Below, piece by piece: positions 49,273 through 63,415 of a stretch of 64,000 bases of DNA. Source of the stretch: the human T2T-CHM13v2.0 reference genome, Homo sapiens; the NCBI RefSeq assembly GCF_009914755.1, contig NC_060928.1. One strand, 5' to 3'. The translations under genes were made by a program, and so were the position numbers. The notes beneath the pieces were generated by a model, which made no database searches, had not been told where the DNA came from, and saw nothing but the letters and a program-made list of their open reading frames with translations. Every line of letters starts with the position of its first letter. Positions within the stretch are counted from its first letter, which is position 1.

Positions 49273-52200
49273 AAAGAATAATCCTGGAAAATCAGTATAG
49301 GCCACATTACTCTGAATTCCATACATCAGTAGGCAGGTATGAAAGTGGCTTGTGTATGTAAATAGGTTGCTATTATTTTCTTCTGAAGTTTAAGTTGTCT
49401 AGCTTCAGTTCACAGGGCTTTATGAAAGCACAGCTTAGTTTTCAGTGACTCCAAATTAGGAAAAATGGGGAAAAAAGAAGGAAAAAAATGGAAAACATTA
49501 TTCTGAAGACTTATAGCCAAGAAAAATTAGAATTCAGTTCAAACTGCAGAAAATAATTAACACTGAAAAACATTAGGCAAGACTAGAATCTAACAACTGG
49601 TGTACTGTAGTTTTTGGAAAATAATTTTTCTATCTCCAGTTTTCCATTTTTAGTAAAGACAAAGCATGGTAGGACCGGTTTGCTTTGTTTTACTTGGCCT
49701 GATTATTTGTATACAGTGCAGCAGGAATAATTATTTTCTTACATAGGCTTTTAAATTGGCTTTGATGGAACTTTGTTCTATAGAGGGAATCTCAGAAAAG
49801 ACTTTTTTTTAAAGCCGAGTCCAACCATGGATTTATAACATCAAATACCTATAAGTTGGGTGAATTCCTCTCCTCTTGAGATTCCGAGATAAACTTGGGG
49901 CTCCTGTGCCTGTCAGAAAATGACATTCTTTACTTACCACAGGTCAGGAACCCTGTACAGAGACTGTATGTACAAGGTATGAGGGCAGTTTTCCCATAAG
50001 TCAAGTTTGATTCCTTAAAGGAAAGCACAGCATTCCAGTCAAAGCCTTATAACCAGTTTCTCCAGTTGTGTTCTGTTATAAATGAAAACAGATTCTTATT
50101 GCATTTATACAAATAACTATATTGCCATTAGTTAAGAATACTCAAAAATAGTTTCCAAATTCTGGAGAAATCAGGTAGAGCGAAGTCAATATGTTCTAAA
50201 TTTTGTTCACAGGAGCATACTAAATTATTAAAAGCATCAATATCTCAAAAGAAAAGTTTCCTTTACTCTGAAAAAATAAAACAAAGGATCAGCAATGTCT
50301 TAAGCAAAAAGTCAAAAAGATTGCTTCTGCCTGCTATTAGTTCAGTCCATGTAGTTAATTTCTGTTCTGCTTGATATTCATGAACATTTCTGTTCTCCAT
50401 GAGTCCTAAAAGTTTTTCTTCTATCCTGATGTCACAATCGCCAAAGTTTTCAAAAAACTTGTATTCAAAAGCACCTGTTAGAGTTTTAGAGCTGATTATA
50501 AAACCACCTTCCAAAGAGGACCAAAACAAGACAACGATTGTCCATGGATGACAAAAAGTTTTAGGGCAGCCATAGTTGAGAACACAATTGACAAGGAAAT
50601 TTTTACCTCTGTGGCACACAAAAATTTAACATAACAATTATAATTATTACTGATAATGTATACTAAGTCATATCAGAATTATAGGAGTTTCCCATAATTT
50701 TGGAGAACATACCAATAACATATTTATACAAATACAGCCCAAAAAAACCAAACACCATTTCATATTTGACAATGTTTCCTGTATAATTTTTATACCAAAT
50801 AAACCAAATTATGTCATTTTTGGACTTCAGGGAACCTAATATCTTAAAGATTTAATTAGGTCAGAAAAAGACATAATTTATAGTTTGCTTTTGAAAGGTT
50901 TGTCAAATATCAAAGGTTTAAAACACTTGATATCACAGGCCATTGTAAAATAAGTCATTAATTTGACCAAAGTGCTAACTTGAGGATTTAAAAAAAAAAA
51001 AGCAAAAACCTTCATTTTTTGAGAGAGGAGACTTAATTTTCCAAATAATAAGCCCTAATAAAAACAGCATGAAGCCAATTAAATTTGTTTTTCAAAATTT
51101 TATAAACAATCTATAAAATTTTAATCTTGATTGTAAGATATAACTTCTATAAGCCTTTTATAACCTTTATAACCTTTATTAAGGAGTTGGTTAATGCTTC
51201 AAGAAAACCTTGTTAATCTGACATAGGGGCCCATATGCTGATCTTGTATCACTGTGTCTTTACATTAATGATTAATTTATAGGGAAACTGAACTTATTTT
51301 ATCTCTCAAAATTGGCCTTTACAATCTCACATGTCCATCTCTTCTGCTATAGTCCTGGGGCCTTGAGGAGTTGAATAGCTTTATTTTCTGGCCCTGTGTC
51401 TCAGGAATGTAGTATATTTTGATTGGTATCTTCTACTGGGCCTGAAGATGAGGCTCTAATTGCTGTCAGTGTTTAAGATTTAGCAGGAATTGGTGTCCTT
51501 TCTAGACCCAGGAGTCAAAACCCTGTAACTCAATTTCACAAGTACTTTAAAAGCACACACAGAAAGATACATGGACATAATAACCTTCATTAAAAAATTT
51601 TTTTTTCTCTTTTCTTCCTAAGCAAACCAAAACTTAATAATAATGGCATAGGAATTGTTTTGATAAACCATAAAATCTTTTGGGCCAGTTACCAAAAGGC
51701 AAAAGAAAAGACCTTCTGCATTGCACAGTATATTATGTTGAAAGAAAACATTTCCTTTAGACCTTTAAGAAAACATTGTTAGCATCAGGCCACAACAAAT
51801 AGAACTCGAGGAAAAAATCTTACATGAACCGAAAATGAGTTGAAGGGGAGTGTTACTATTTTGTACCCTTTAAAAGGGGAGAGAAAACTAAAATTAGGGA
51901 GATGCAATAAAAGTTGAACTTTGGGTTTAAAAAAATTAATTGTTCTAACAAATTATTTAGCATATAAGTATTTTTTTTTTACCTCAAGCGTAATCTCTAG
52001 AAAGACCATTATAATTTCTCTTTAATTAATAGACAGATTGATCACATAAAAGTTTCTGCTTTTTTAAAATAAATCCTCTTGTGACTTACACAGACCGTTC
52101 ATGATATGCTTGGACTTTCTGGTTTGTCCTGAACATCCTTCTTTCTTCAAAAATAGTCGTTTTATTCTAGGACTAAATCTACCATACAAGATTCTTTCTC

Positions 52201-53936
52201 ACATAAAATTATTTCTCTTTAAGCTTTCTTCCCCCCAAAAAAACCACCTCTTTATTTTTATAACTTTCTTTAAATTTCTCTTATTTCCTGGTTCCTTTTA
52301 CCTTGTCTTATACATAAAATTTATATAAGCTTTGATTTAGACAAAAATTGTTAACCTTTTTAAAATGAACACACCTTTTTTAGAAAGAATGTTTCCCTAC
52401 AAATATATTTTTATTGGAAAAAATACTCAAATAATAAAATATCTATTATTTAATTTAACTTTAGATTCTAAATTATGATGAGTTTGTCTACGTATATTTA
52501 TCCCATTACATTTACCTAATTATTTTATTTTAATCATTTACCTAGATTATTTATGAAAACTGCAATAGTCATCATTTAAAGTTATGGAATTGTCATTGCA
52601 AAATTATAACTGAGACAGTGAAAAAGATCTGACCTGACTCCATCTTGTTTCTAACCTCCAAGCTATCCTTGTTCATTTCTGGGCATAGGCCAAACTAATT
52701 TTGGGAGGAACTTTGCTGATAGTTTAGCTTTGAAACAAATGGTAATAGTCCCTTCCCAAAACAAACCTTACTACCTTTGGACTAAATTTCATAAAGCCAC
52801 AAGATTAGAAGTTGCAGTAATTTTACTAAATTCAAGATATAGCTATTTTTCTTAAACGAATATCAATGTCTTATTTATTATAGATTACACAAGCAGAGAT
52901 CATTCTGTTTTGGGCTGGATTTATAGTTTTGTAACCACTATGCCAAATTTTGAAACCTTATAGTATTTGGCAGGTATAAGTATGAAATTGCTTGTTTAAT
53001 AAATGCAAACAAAAATGTATGCTGGCAATTCTTAAGACATTTATAATATTACTTTACCAGTAATTTCAAAGATAGCTTATTTATTAAATATTTTACTTAA
53101 GTTATTTAAATTTGAAAAAGCATTTGACTAGTTTTGTCTTTTTTCAATAAAGCTTTTGATTCAGACACTTTTGTTTTCTTAAGCCAATTAATTAGAGCTC
53201 TTTATATATTTTCAGTAGTGAAACATTGTGTACACAACACTTAAATACATAGACATATTAGACATGTCAATAGAAGTACATCTTACAGAGTCATAAAAAC
53301 CTTTTTAATTCTATCTTAGACTTTCAAATTATTGATAACCTGCTTTACTACCCCAGGCAGTTGTCAGCTAAATAGCCTTAAATTTGCATATTAAAGGAAA
53401 CAACTCAGGTGAAAATCAAATAGCAAAATTTACTTCATAAGGTACAGAGAGAAGAAGTGTGGTGTGCTAGAGAAAAACTAAAATGGATTTAATTGCCAAT
53501 TAAATATAAAATTATAGAAATTACAAAGGCCTTTTAAATATATACACAAACACATAAATACACACACACAAAGATCCTATAGCTTTTACTTCAGAACTTT
53601 AGCCATGAGATAAATACAAACTCACTGGCTTGCAAAAAGAATCTGTTGGATCCAAACAGTGGTTTTTATCTTAATAAAAAAATAACAGCAGATTTAAAGC
53701 AGGCAGAAAAGAAAAATGAGAAAAGAGAACTTAGGAACTCTGTAGTTTGCAGGTCAACCCCAGGGCTCTTTTTCCTTAATGTAAATGTGCACAAAGACCA
53801 TATTACTTCCATTTTACATAAACTCTGGCAAGTAGAGTTGCCATAAAACCTACAGAGTGCTTGAAAGGGGGTCATTCTCCTTTTCTTCTCATTCTTAGAT
53901 TGTTTCCCACTTTTTTTTCTTAAAAGGAAGAACTGA

Positions 53937-54395
<459 letters not shown>

Positions 54396-55803
54396 TCAGC
54401 TCTTATATGCGTTTCCTGGATGACTCTTTTTTTAACATTAATTTTTATTGGGGATTTCGCTGTGGGGCTGCTGCATGTCACAGGGGGTCAGCTCCCCAGA
54501 CACTCCCATAAGGCTCTTGGTCACCCAGGGGTGCCTTTTGGCTGGGAAGAGCAAATGCCCTTTCTTTTTGGAGCTGAGAAAACTCAGTCTCTCATTTACC
54601 TATGAACAACAGTTTAGTTCCTCATGCAAGTGTGCACAGACAAGCTGAATCGAGATTAATTTTGAGAGAAAAAGCAACAGAGAAGACCCCTTAGAATGCA
54701 CCTCTGAACTAGAATTAGGATGCTTAAAGAACAGCTTTTTGGGAGAGAAAAAAGGCCAGCCAAGACCACTTCCTGTAAACCGTGCTCAGCCACCCCTACT
54801 TTGTAGCTCTTGTCCGCCATTACACATGCTAAAGTCAATTCCTCTCACAGTACGAGGTCATCTCTGGTACCCCCAGAGCCAAAGAGGTCAGGTCATGCAA
54901 TATAGGAAAACAGAGCTTTATTGCCCATGACCCTTGAAACTCCACAAAGATAACAGAACACCCCAAAGGGATGAGTGGCACCTTTGTTCTGAATTCTTTA
55001 AAGGGGTTCAAGTCATTAGAAGCCTTCTCTAGATTTTTTGGTACTGCAGATGGCAAAGGGGAAGGAGATATAGGGTGGAAGAAAAGTAAATGAACATTTG
55101 TTTTCTCTTTTTTTCTAAAATAAGAAGCAAACACAGAAACCAAGTGCGTGATTTCTTTGGGGTTTTTTGTTTGGCTTTTTTCTCTTTTGCAGCTGTGAGA
55201 AATTTTGGCCAAATTGAGAGGTTTTGTCACCCATAATTTGGAATTCTAACTTGGATTTGACCAAATCAGGTAGAGTTGGTCAAATCTGATAGAAGAAAGA
55301 CTGGAATGAACACCACCACCACCATCACCCAACAATATGGTCACCTAGTGCTCTAATGGTAAGGAGAAATTAAAACCAGCTGGTTGTTAAACTTTAGCCA
55401 AGACAAAACCCCAACTCAGCTACTTACCTAGAAATGGGTCTCAGGCTGAAGACTGCTTTCTATCATCCTAGAAGCAGGAAAAAAAAAACCAAAAAAACCC
55501 TCAAACTCGTGTTGCTTTGCTGGGAGCAAGCTCAAACTCCAGAAACAAGTTACCTGCCTTCCATCATCATGGAAACAGGAAATCTTGCCTTCCTTCTTGG
55601 AAGCAAGTAAAACCCCAAAAGAAGGGAGTTGTACAGCAAAATAAACTTTAGATCTCGACCAGATTTTAGGAGACCAGGGATTCAATGGAGGGGTACCCCC
55701 CGACCTCAGCAAATTGTCCTATTTGTTTGAGCCATAAAGTTAGCTCATGATGGTACCAGGCACTGATAGGATATTCATCACAGGTCAGGGGTATCTCCAC
55801 TCA

Positions 55804-55823
55804 GAATCCCTTCATGGTTACCA
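55804..55823 (-). other. Primer-binding site complementary to the tRNA-Arg(TCG) 3' end
   Basis: The + strand reads gaatcccttcatggttacca versus the recalled tRNA 3' end GAATCCCTTCGTGGTTACCA (one CpG-type change). It lies 3 nt from the LTR. Confidence 0.7.
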
Positions 55824-56519
55824 AAATGTGAACCCCGAAAATCTGAGACAGGTCTCAGTTAACTTAGAAAGTATATTTTGCCAAGGTTGAGGACGCGTGC
55901 CTGTGACACAGCCTCAGGAGGTCCTGATGACATGTGCCCAAGATGGTAGGGGCACAGCTTGGGTTTATACATTTTAGGGAGACATAAGACATCAATCAAT
56001 ATGTGTAAGATGTACATTGGTATATTGGTTCAGTCTGGAAAGGTGGAACAACTTGTGGTGAAGACAGGACAACTTGAAGTGGGGAGGCGCTTCCGGGTCA
56101 TAGGTAGATAACAGAAAAATGATTGCGTTCTTTTGAGTTTCTGATTAGCCTCTCCAAACGAGGCAATCAGATATGCATTTATCTCAGTGAGCAGAGGGGT
56201 GACTTTGAATAGAACGGGAGGCAGGTTTGCCCTAAGCAGTTCCCAGTTTGACTTTTCCCTTTAGCTTAGTGATTCTGGGGCCCCAAGATTTATTTTCCTT
56301 TCACAAGACTAACCTGTAGTTTTCTTTGAAATATGAATTGTTTGTCACCTTTTTCATTCTCAGCTGTGCTTCTTCTTACTATATTTATCCAATATCCCAG
56401 ATTTCAGGAGTTCATATGTTCCTTAACAAACATCAGATAGATTTCTTCTGTATAGAGATGCAATGTTTATAATTTGGCTTGTTATTAAACTTAAAAAGTC
56501 AGTGTTTTTTATATATACA

Positions 56520-57246
56520 TGTTACAGTACGTAGCAAGTCAGACATGAGCAGGGCAGGAAAGGGCTCCCCTGCACTCCCCCTCCCGCCATACACACACAC
56601 CAGGAATGTCAGGCGACCATCAGGTGATGGTCAGGTGGTTGTTAACAGTTTCTCTAAAATAATAATTCGTCTCAGCATCAGGGAAAGTCAGTCTTGCTAT
56701 AGATAGAAAAAACCTGAAACTGGTGATCAGCAGCTTCCCGATAAGATCTCAGGAGCTGGGCGAGTGAGCGCAAGCATGTGCATTAAGAGGCAAAATAGCA
56801 GAGTTTAACTGGTATATGACCTCCTAGGGACATTTGGCTGGAAAGGGAAGAATGCCTCAAGTGAGCATGCCTACAACTGCAGTAAACAAACTATGCATGC
56901 TCCCCTCCCAAGTGCTGGCAGCCACTGTGCATGCAGACAGCCCACCCATTCCTCTCTAAGGGAAGAATTAGGGGAGAAGGGATGGAAGACCCTAAACGTA
57001 TGCCAACATATAAAACCCCAAGTCAAAATGTCAAACAAAAATGTCAAGTTGCCCGCTTGGCCCCCTTCCAGGTGTACTTTCCTTCCTTTTGTTCCTGCTC
57101 TAGAGCTTTCTAATCAACTTTCGCTCCTGCTCTAAAACTTGACCTTGTTCTTTTTTTCTGCCTCATGTCCCTCAGTTGAATTCTTTCTTCTGAGGAGGCA
57201 AGAACTGAGGATGCTGCAGACTCATACAGATTTGCCTCAGGTAACA
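56520..57246 (+). mobile_element. ERV1 solo LTR (MER50-like)
   Basis: tgttac...ggtaaca inverted termini, 4-bp TSD taca (56516-56519 / 57247-57250), TATA-like catataaaa near 57007. The family name is from memory. Confidence 0.75.
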
Positions 57247-58039
57247 TACACACATATATATGTCATTTCTATTACACACACACACACACATACACACACA
57301 CGTAATTAATTGTGGCATTTGCTTCTGTATATCAGGAAAGGATTTGAAGGAGTGAACAGTAATAATGAAATATTTGGTGTGGGATGTAATGAATCATTTA
57401 TTTATAAAATGCAATTCAAATTCATGTTAAAAGATCAAAATGGTTTTACACTAAAATGGTTACACACTAAACCGAAAATCACGGTCATCTTTGGAGAGCA
57501 ATCAGGAATTGGAGATGAGGCAGGGTTAATTCAAACATTCCATTAGCTGCAATGTTTGAGGTTTTTTGGTCCCTCCATCGCCAGAGAGAAGGATTTCACG
57601 TTACTTCTGTTGTTAAACGTATTTACAATTACATTTTAAAATATTTTAAAAAATCATTCTTGGGGTCAACCTAAGTGATTCTAAATAAAATTATTATATT
57701 ATGCTCCTCAACCTATATGTCACAGGGACTTTGGTGTCATTGAGATCAGAAGTATTAATCATTTCATCTTTGCTCTTGGAGAGTCTCATGACATCTGATG
57801 AAATATTATTTTAGAGAATTAGATGAGAAGATATTTCAGATTTTATCTGGAATAATGGGAGGTATATTGGTAAATGTATTACATTTTAGGGCTGAAATGT
57901 CTTTCATAGTTCAGAAACTGAAGCCCAGGTGGCTATATCAGATCAAGTATGAAGTATTGAACTAAGAGGGTTTTGTTATTTAATTACAAAAATGAAGTAA
58001 AACTTTAAAAAATCTTATAGTGTACTACTAACGATATAG

Positions 58040-58500
58040 TATATTAGGGTATTCAGAGAAACAGAACTAAGAGGAGATGATAGATATCTAAATATGTCTC
58101 TGTCTATATTTGTTTAAAGGAATTGGCTCACATGATTGTCAAGTCTGAAATCTGTAGAGCTGGTTGGCCGGAAATTCAGGTAAGAGCTGATGTTTCAGTC
58201 TTGAGTCCAAAATCTGCAGAGCAGGCCAATAGGCTGAAAACTCAGGCAGGGCTTCTGTGTTGAAATACTGAGGAAGAACGGCTTTTTTTTTTTCAGGAAA
58301 CCTGTTTGCTCTTAAATTCTTCAACTGATTGGATCAGGCCCATCCACATTATGGAGGGTGATCTGTTTTACTTTACTTAAAGTCAAATGATTATAAATTT
58401 TACCACATCTACAAATATCTTTACAGCGACATCGAGACTAGTGTTTGACAAAACACCTGGGCACCCTAGGCTAGTCAAGTTGATATAAAAATAACTAGCA
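58040..58500 (-). mobile_element. MLT2-family (ERVL) solo LTR
   Basis: tattagggt...cagagaaacagaac...aaggaattggctcacatgattgt...ttcaactgattggat...cacattatggagggt. Confidence 0.8.
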
Positions 58501-60519
58501 TGAGCAGATTCCAATTTGAACTAAATTCTGTCTGCTCAAGAATATGAGTCTAGTGATTGATTTTTTTCCTATTTCCAAAGAGCAGTGATTTTTAAAATTT
58601 AGGATGACTGAAGTTTTAATTTGCTTTAAGACTCAGTTGACCAGTCATTTGAGGAAAATCTTTCAACAGTATATTTGCAATGTATTTAGCCATTCTAATC
58701 AGTAGTTTTGCTTAACACAAGGTGGCTTGTGAAGTGATTCTGAATTATTTCATGATGGTTGAAAGGAGGCCAACTATAATAAAACAATGCAAACAAATTA
58801 GTGAAGCTAAACAGGAAACACACTGGTGAACTCACTGCCATCATCTGGCATTTTCAATTTTGCTTCCAATTTAAAAATAGCTAACATGCACAATGTACTG
58901 TACTGTTCTACAGTGAAGATGGTCAGTAATGAGGTGTTTTCACAATTCAATGTAATCTCTCACTTCCATCTCTGATATTTCATTTACAAATGAATCAAGT
59001 CATGCAAATGATTTCAGGATAACCCCCACCCCACGAGTCCCTAGTCTTAATGAGTTGTGAGTTGGGCATGTAAGAATATTAATAAATGTGGAAACGGTGA
59101 CTCCTGGCATTGTTGCTAAACTTTAATATTGCATAGATGCTGTGGGACTAAATGTAAATACATCAATACTTTGTTGCTGACAGATTAACTGTGGGAAAGC
59201 TAGTGATTATTTTTCAGACTTAGAACTATCAGTATAATTAACAAAGGGTTATTCAGATTATTTTAAATAAGACAATTATATATTACCTAAAAATACTTAG
59301 AACTAGTCCTTTTCCATGCATGTGGAAAATTACGCTCAGCCAAGTTATGAAACTTGCTCAAAGCAGCAGACCCACTCCAGGGCCTGCTTTTCACTACAGA
59401 TTCTGAAACACAGAAGGAATTAAAATGCTTGCTCTTGATAGCCTGGGCTGGGAGTTAGTGCATATCATCAGCCATCCATCTAATGTGATTGCTAAGATGT
59501 ACAGGATAGGACAGCTTAGAATGAGTGCCTTGACACCCACATATGGCTGCATTCCATACCTCAGTGAAGAAGCTGAAGGATGCTGACACACAGTGATGTG
59601 GAGGGCATTCGGGAGAAACTTTTGCAACAGTGTATTAATGTGATTGGTTTTCTTTTTGTTTTAAGCTAAACATCTAAAACAAATTTCAAGTTAACAGTAC
59701 ATACAACTCAGATTTAGTATTATTGTTTATCATAAAACATATTATGTTCCTAGTTTTAAAAAGACCCAAACTATGATTAATATAATTTATTGGCATTTTT
59801 GCTGAATAGGTTTAAGTCAGATAATAGATTTTAAAAAAGCAAATGAGGCAATGTATCAAAACTTAATGTTTCATTATAAAAATAGATACGTTCACTTAAA
59901 AAAAATAAAATAAAATGCTTGCTCTTACATTTTTTTACATAAGAATGGTTACTTATTCCTACCTTGTCTACCTTATCTTGCTTTTGTTTTCCTTTCTCAT
60001 TGTTAGCACTATTTTAAAGGCGAAAGGTCTTTCCCTACTAAAAAGGCATTCCTTCCCAGGAAAGCCTTGTCAGGTTGGGCCATTTTCATTATACTCTCAC
60101 TACATTGCAGTTTGTCTTTGGGAAGATCAAATTTAAATCTTCTTCTCATTTTAGCTGGTCTTTTTCTAAATCGCAAGTGGAATAGACTAGCAACAACAAG
60201 GAGTGCCTCTGTGATGGGGGTGGTGGGGCTGGAGGCCAGGGACACAGTGGAAGGGAGCAAAGGGCTCCCCAGGTAGGATTTCAAAGGCATTGAAGAGTGT
60301 TTTGTTAAAAGAAAAACAATTGGGGGTCCTCTCCCCTCCTGCAATGATGCCTAAGCTGCAGTTGCTGCAGAACAATTTTGACTACATAGGCACTCAGGTC
60401 AGGGTTGCACTGTGGTTTCCACCTTCATTCAGTTATCAGGAAGACAAATCTGTGTTTTGCAGTCATTGAGCTATGCTAGCGATTTATGACTGCATGGTTC
60501 TGCTCTTGAATTGTACTCA

Positions 60520-60884
<365 letters not shown>

Positions 60885-61069
60885 CTAACCTTTATTTTTT
60901 TTTTTGGTAGCATAAAAACCCTTAAGATTCTTAATTGTAAACCCAATAAAAACCAAACAGGAAAAGAGGTACTGCTCTAATGCAGCTCCTAGGCTCTCTT
61001 CTCAGACATTGATGTTTCCTTGGAGGTTGGTATAAAAACTACTGTTACTGGTCTACCCTCTCATTTTAT

Positions 61070-61650
61070 CAACTCATTTAACAAAAATATTTTGAGCAAA
61101 CACCGTGTAGCCAGCAGTATATTAAGTTTGGGAAAAACACTGGGCCTAAAATGAGTATAAATCCAGTCCCTAGCTTATCAGAGGAGACAGATAATTACAA
61201 CATAGTAAATTCAACGATACGAAAGTACCCCTATGATATTATGAAAGTACAGAATGAGGGCTCCCTAATTCATTCTGGGGACATTGAGTCTGAGACTGAG
61301 TCTCTAAGACTGAGCAAATTAGCAAGGAAGGCACTTAGCTTGAGTGTGGGGAAGAGTATAATCCAGACTGAAGAATGGAGTAAGCAGCTAGGGTATATTC
61401 TGGAAGCTACCCCAGAACCAAGTTGGAAGTGGCTTTATATAGCAGACTGTGCAGTGGGAACTGGTGAGGAGGTGGGCATAGAAGGCTCTGAGCCTTGTCT
61501 TGATTCTTTAGAAGATCAGCCGTTACTGAAGGCCTTTAAGGAGGGAAGAAACAAAGCCAAATTGGAGTTTTAGATTAACAGGAATCATACATTTAATGAG
61601 AACAATGAGATGCAGGAAGACCTGTCAGGGGAGTATAGAAGCTCACTAAC
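61070..61650 (-). mobile_element. L2 remnant
   Basis: ctcatttaacaaaaatattttgagc...gtagccagca is an L2 3'-end-like motif, followed by a purine-rich body. Confidence 0.55.
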
Positions 61651-61994
61651 AGACTATAATAGCAGAAGCAAGTTATCTTGAGGTTCCAGGAACAGTCAGG
61701 TAGCGATACCCAGTAAGACTGGATGGGTATCTTGAATCTGAAATCTTGGAGTGTCTAAATATGCATTATAATCTCATATACATAGAAGGGGATTGGAGAG
61801 AAAAGGGATTTTGGAAAAGGCTAACTTAACTCTGATCTTTGGTCAATTCTTATTTTCTTAATACTTTTCTGTACCATGAACATATATTCATTTTATAACC
61901 AAGCAAAACCATGATTATTTTAGAGTTAACTTTTAAACTTTGCTCTCCTTCAATTTTCTTTTTTAACCAAACTGGACCATACCATATATAGAGT

Positions 61995-62549
61995 TAAGGG
62001 AGGAGACCACTCCTCATATTGTCTTATGACCAATTTCTGCCTCAAAGAAAAAGTAGGAGTTAAAGAAAAGACAGAAGTGAAATCGGTAGTCAGATAGCCC
62101 GGTGCTGCATTCCAGGCCTGGTAGTTAAAGACTGACCCCTGACCTAACTGGTTATGTTATCTATAGATTCCAGACATTGTATGGAAAAGCACTGTGAAAA
62201 TCCCTGTCCTGTTCTGTTCTGTTCTGATTACTTGCAGTGAATGCAGCCCCCAGTCACGTACCCGTGGCTTGTGAAAAGCACTGTGAAAATCCCTGTCCTG
62301 TTCTGTTCCATTCTGATTACCTGCAGTGCATGCAGCCCTCAGTCACATACCCATGGCCTGCTCAATTGATCACGACCCTCTCACATGGACCCCCTTAGAG
62401 TTGTAAGCCCTTAAAAGGGACAGGAATTGCTCACTCGGGGAGCTCGGTTTTTGGAGATGAGAGTCCACCGATGCTCCCAGCTGAATAAAGCCCTTTCCTT
62501 CCACAACTCGGTGTCTGAGGGGTTCTTGTCTGTGGCTCGTCCTGCTACA
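61995..62549 (+). mobile_element. LTR2-family (HERV-E/Harlequin) 5' LTR with internal 89-bp duplication
   Basis: taagggaggagaccac...ggctcgtcctgctaca, TATA-like cttaaaagg near 62410, AATAAA at 62484-62489. Confidence 0.9.
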
Positions 62550-62554
62550 TTTCT

Positions 62555-62572
62555 TGGTTCCCTGACCAGGAA
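62555..62572 (+). other. Primer-binding site for tRNA-Glu
   Basis: tggttccctgaccaggaa versus TGGTTCCCTGACCGGGAA (17/18). Confidence 0.85.
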
Positions 62573-63115
62573 GTGAGGTGATTAGTGGGAGGCCGAGTCA
62601 GCCCATTACGCAGCTTAGGCATACCCTGTGGAGCATCCCTGTGGGGGACTCCGGCCAGCTTGAGTGATGCAGATCCTGAGAGCGCTCCCCAGATCCTGAG
62701 AGTTCTCCCAGGTAGGCATTTGCCCTGGTGGAATGCCTCATCAGAGCGGTGCATGGCAGGCCCCCGCGGAGGATCAACACAGTGGCTGAACACCGAAAGG
62801 AACTGGTACTTGGAGTCTGGACATCTGAAACTTGGTAAGACTGGTCTTTGGAACTTGCTCACTCCATTTGAGTGGAAGTGTAGCCTGATCACCCATGACG
62901 TGCCTGTACCGGCACTTTGGTTTTTGTTTTTGACTTGACTTGGATTGCTTGATACTTTGGTTTTGGTTTTGACCTGGCTTGGATTTCTTGATACTCTGTT
63001 TTGATTTTGATTCTGGTTTGGTGTAAACTGTAAAAGTGTGTGTGTGCCCTTTTTACCCATTCTTTGTTTTGTGGCGTGTGTGTGGTGTGAGCGTGGTGTT
63101 TTGTCTCAAGGAAAC

Positions 63116-63415
63116 ATAGGTCAGGCACAAAGTAAGCCCACCCCACTAGGAACTATATTGAAAAATTTCAAAAAGGGATTTAGGGGAGACTATGAAGTTA
63201 CTATAACACCAGGAAAACTTAGAACTTTGAAATAGACTGGCCAGGATTAGAAGTAGGTTGGCCATCAGAAGGAAACCTGGACAGGTCCCTTGTTTCAAAG
63301 GTGTGGCACAAGGTAATCTGTAAGTCAGGGCACCCGGATCAGTTCCCATATATAGATTCCTGGTTACAGCTGGTTTTAGACACCCCCCTCCCACCACAGT
63401 GGTTGAGAGAACAGC
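63116..63415 (+). pseudogene. Gammaretroviral gag matrix remnant (ATG>ATA, frameshift near 63228, truncated)
   Basis: GQAQSKPTPLGTILKNFKKGFRGDY...GKLRTL and, in another frame, EIDWP..GWPSEG.LD...GHPDQFPYIDSW. Confidence 0.85.

Noticed and set aside
61151-61573. 140-aa ATG-initiated ORF
   Set aside because: It lies in a degenerate L2-like remnant, with no recognisable homology or splice context.
62545-63060. 171-aa minus-strand ORF with QVKTKTK repeats
   Set aside because: It is an antisense reading of the ERV leader's TTTTGG/TTTGAC repeats, with no coding evidence.
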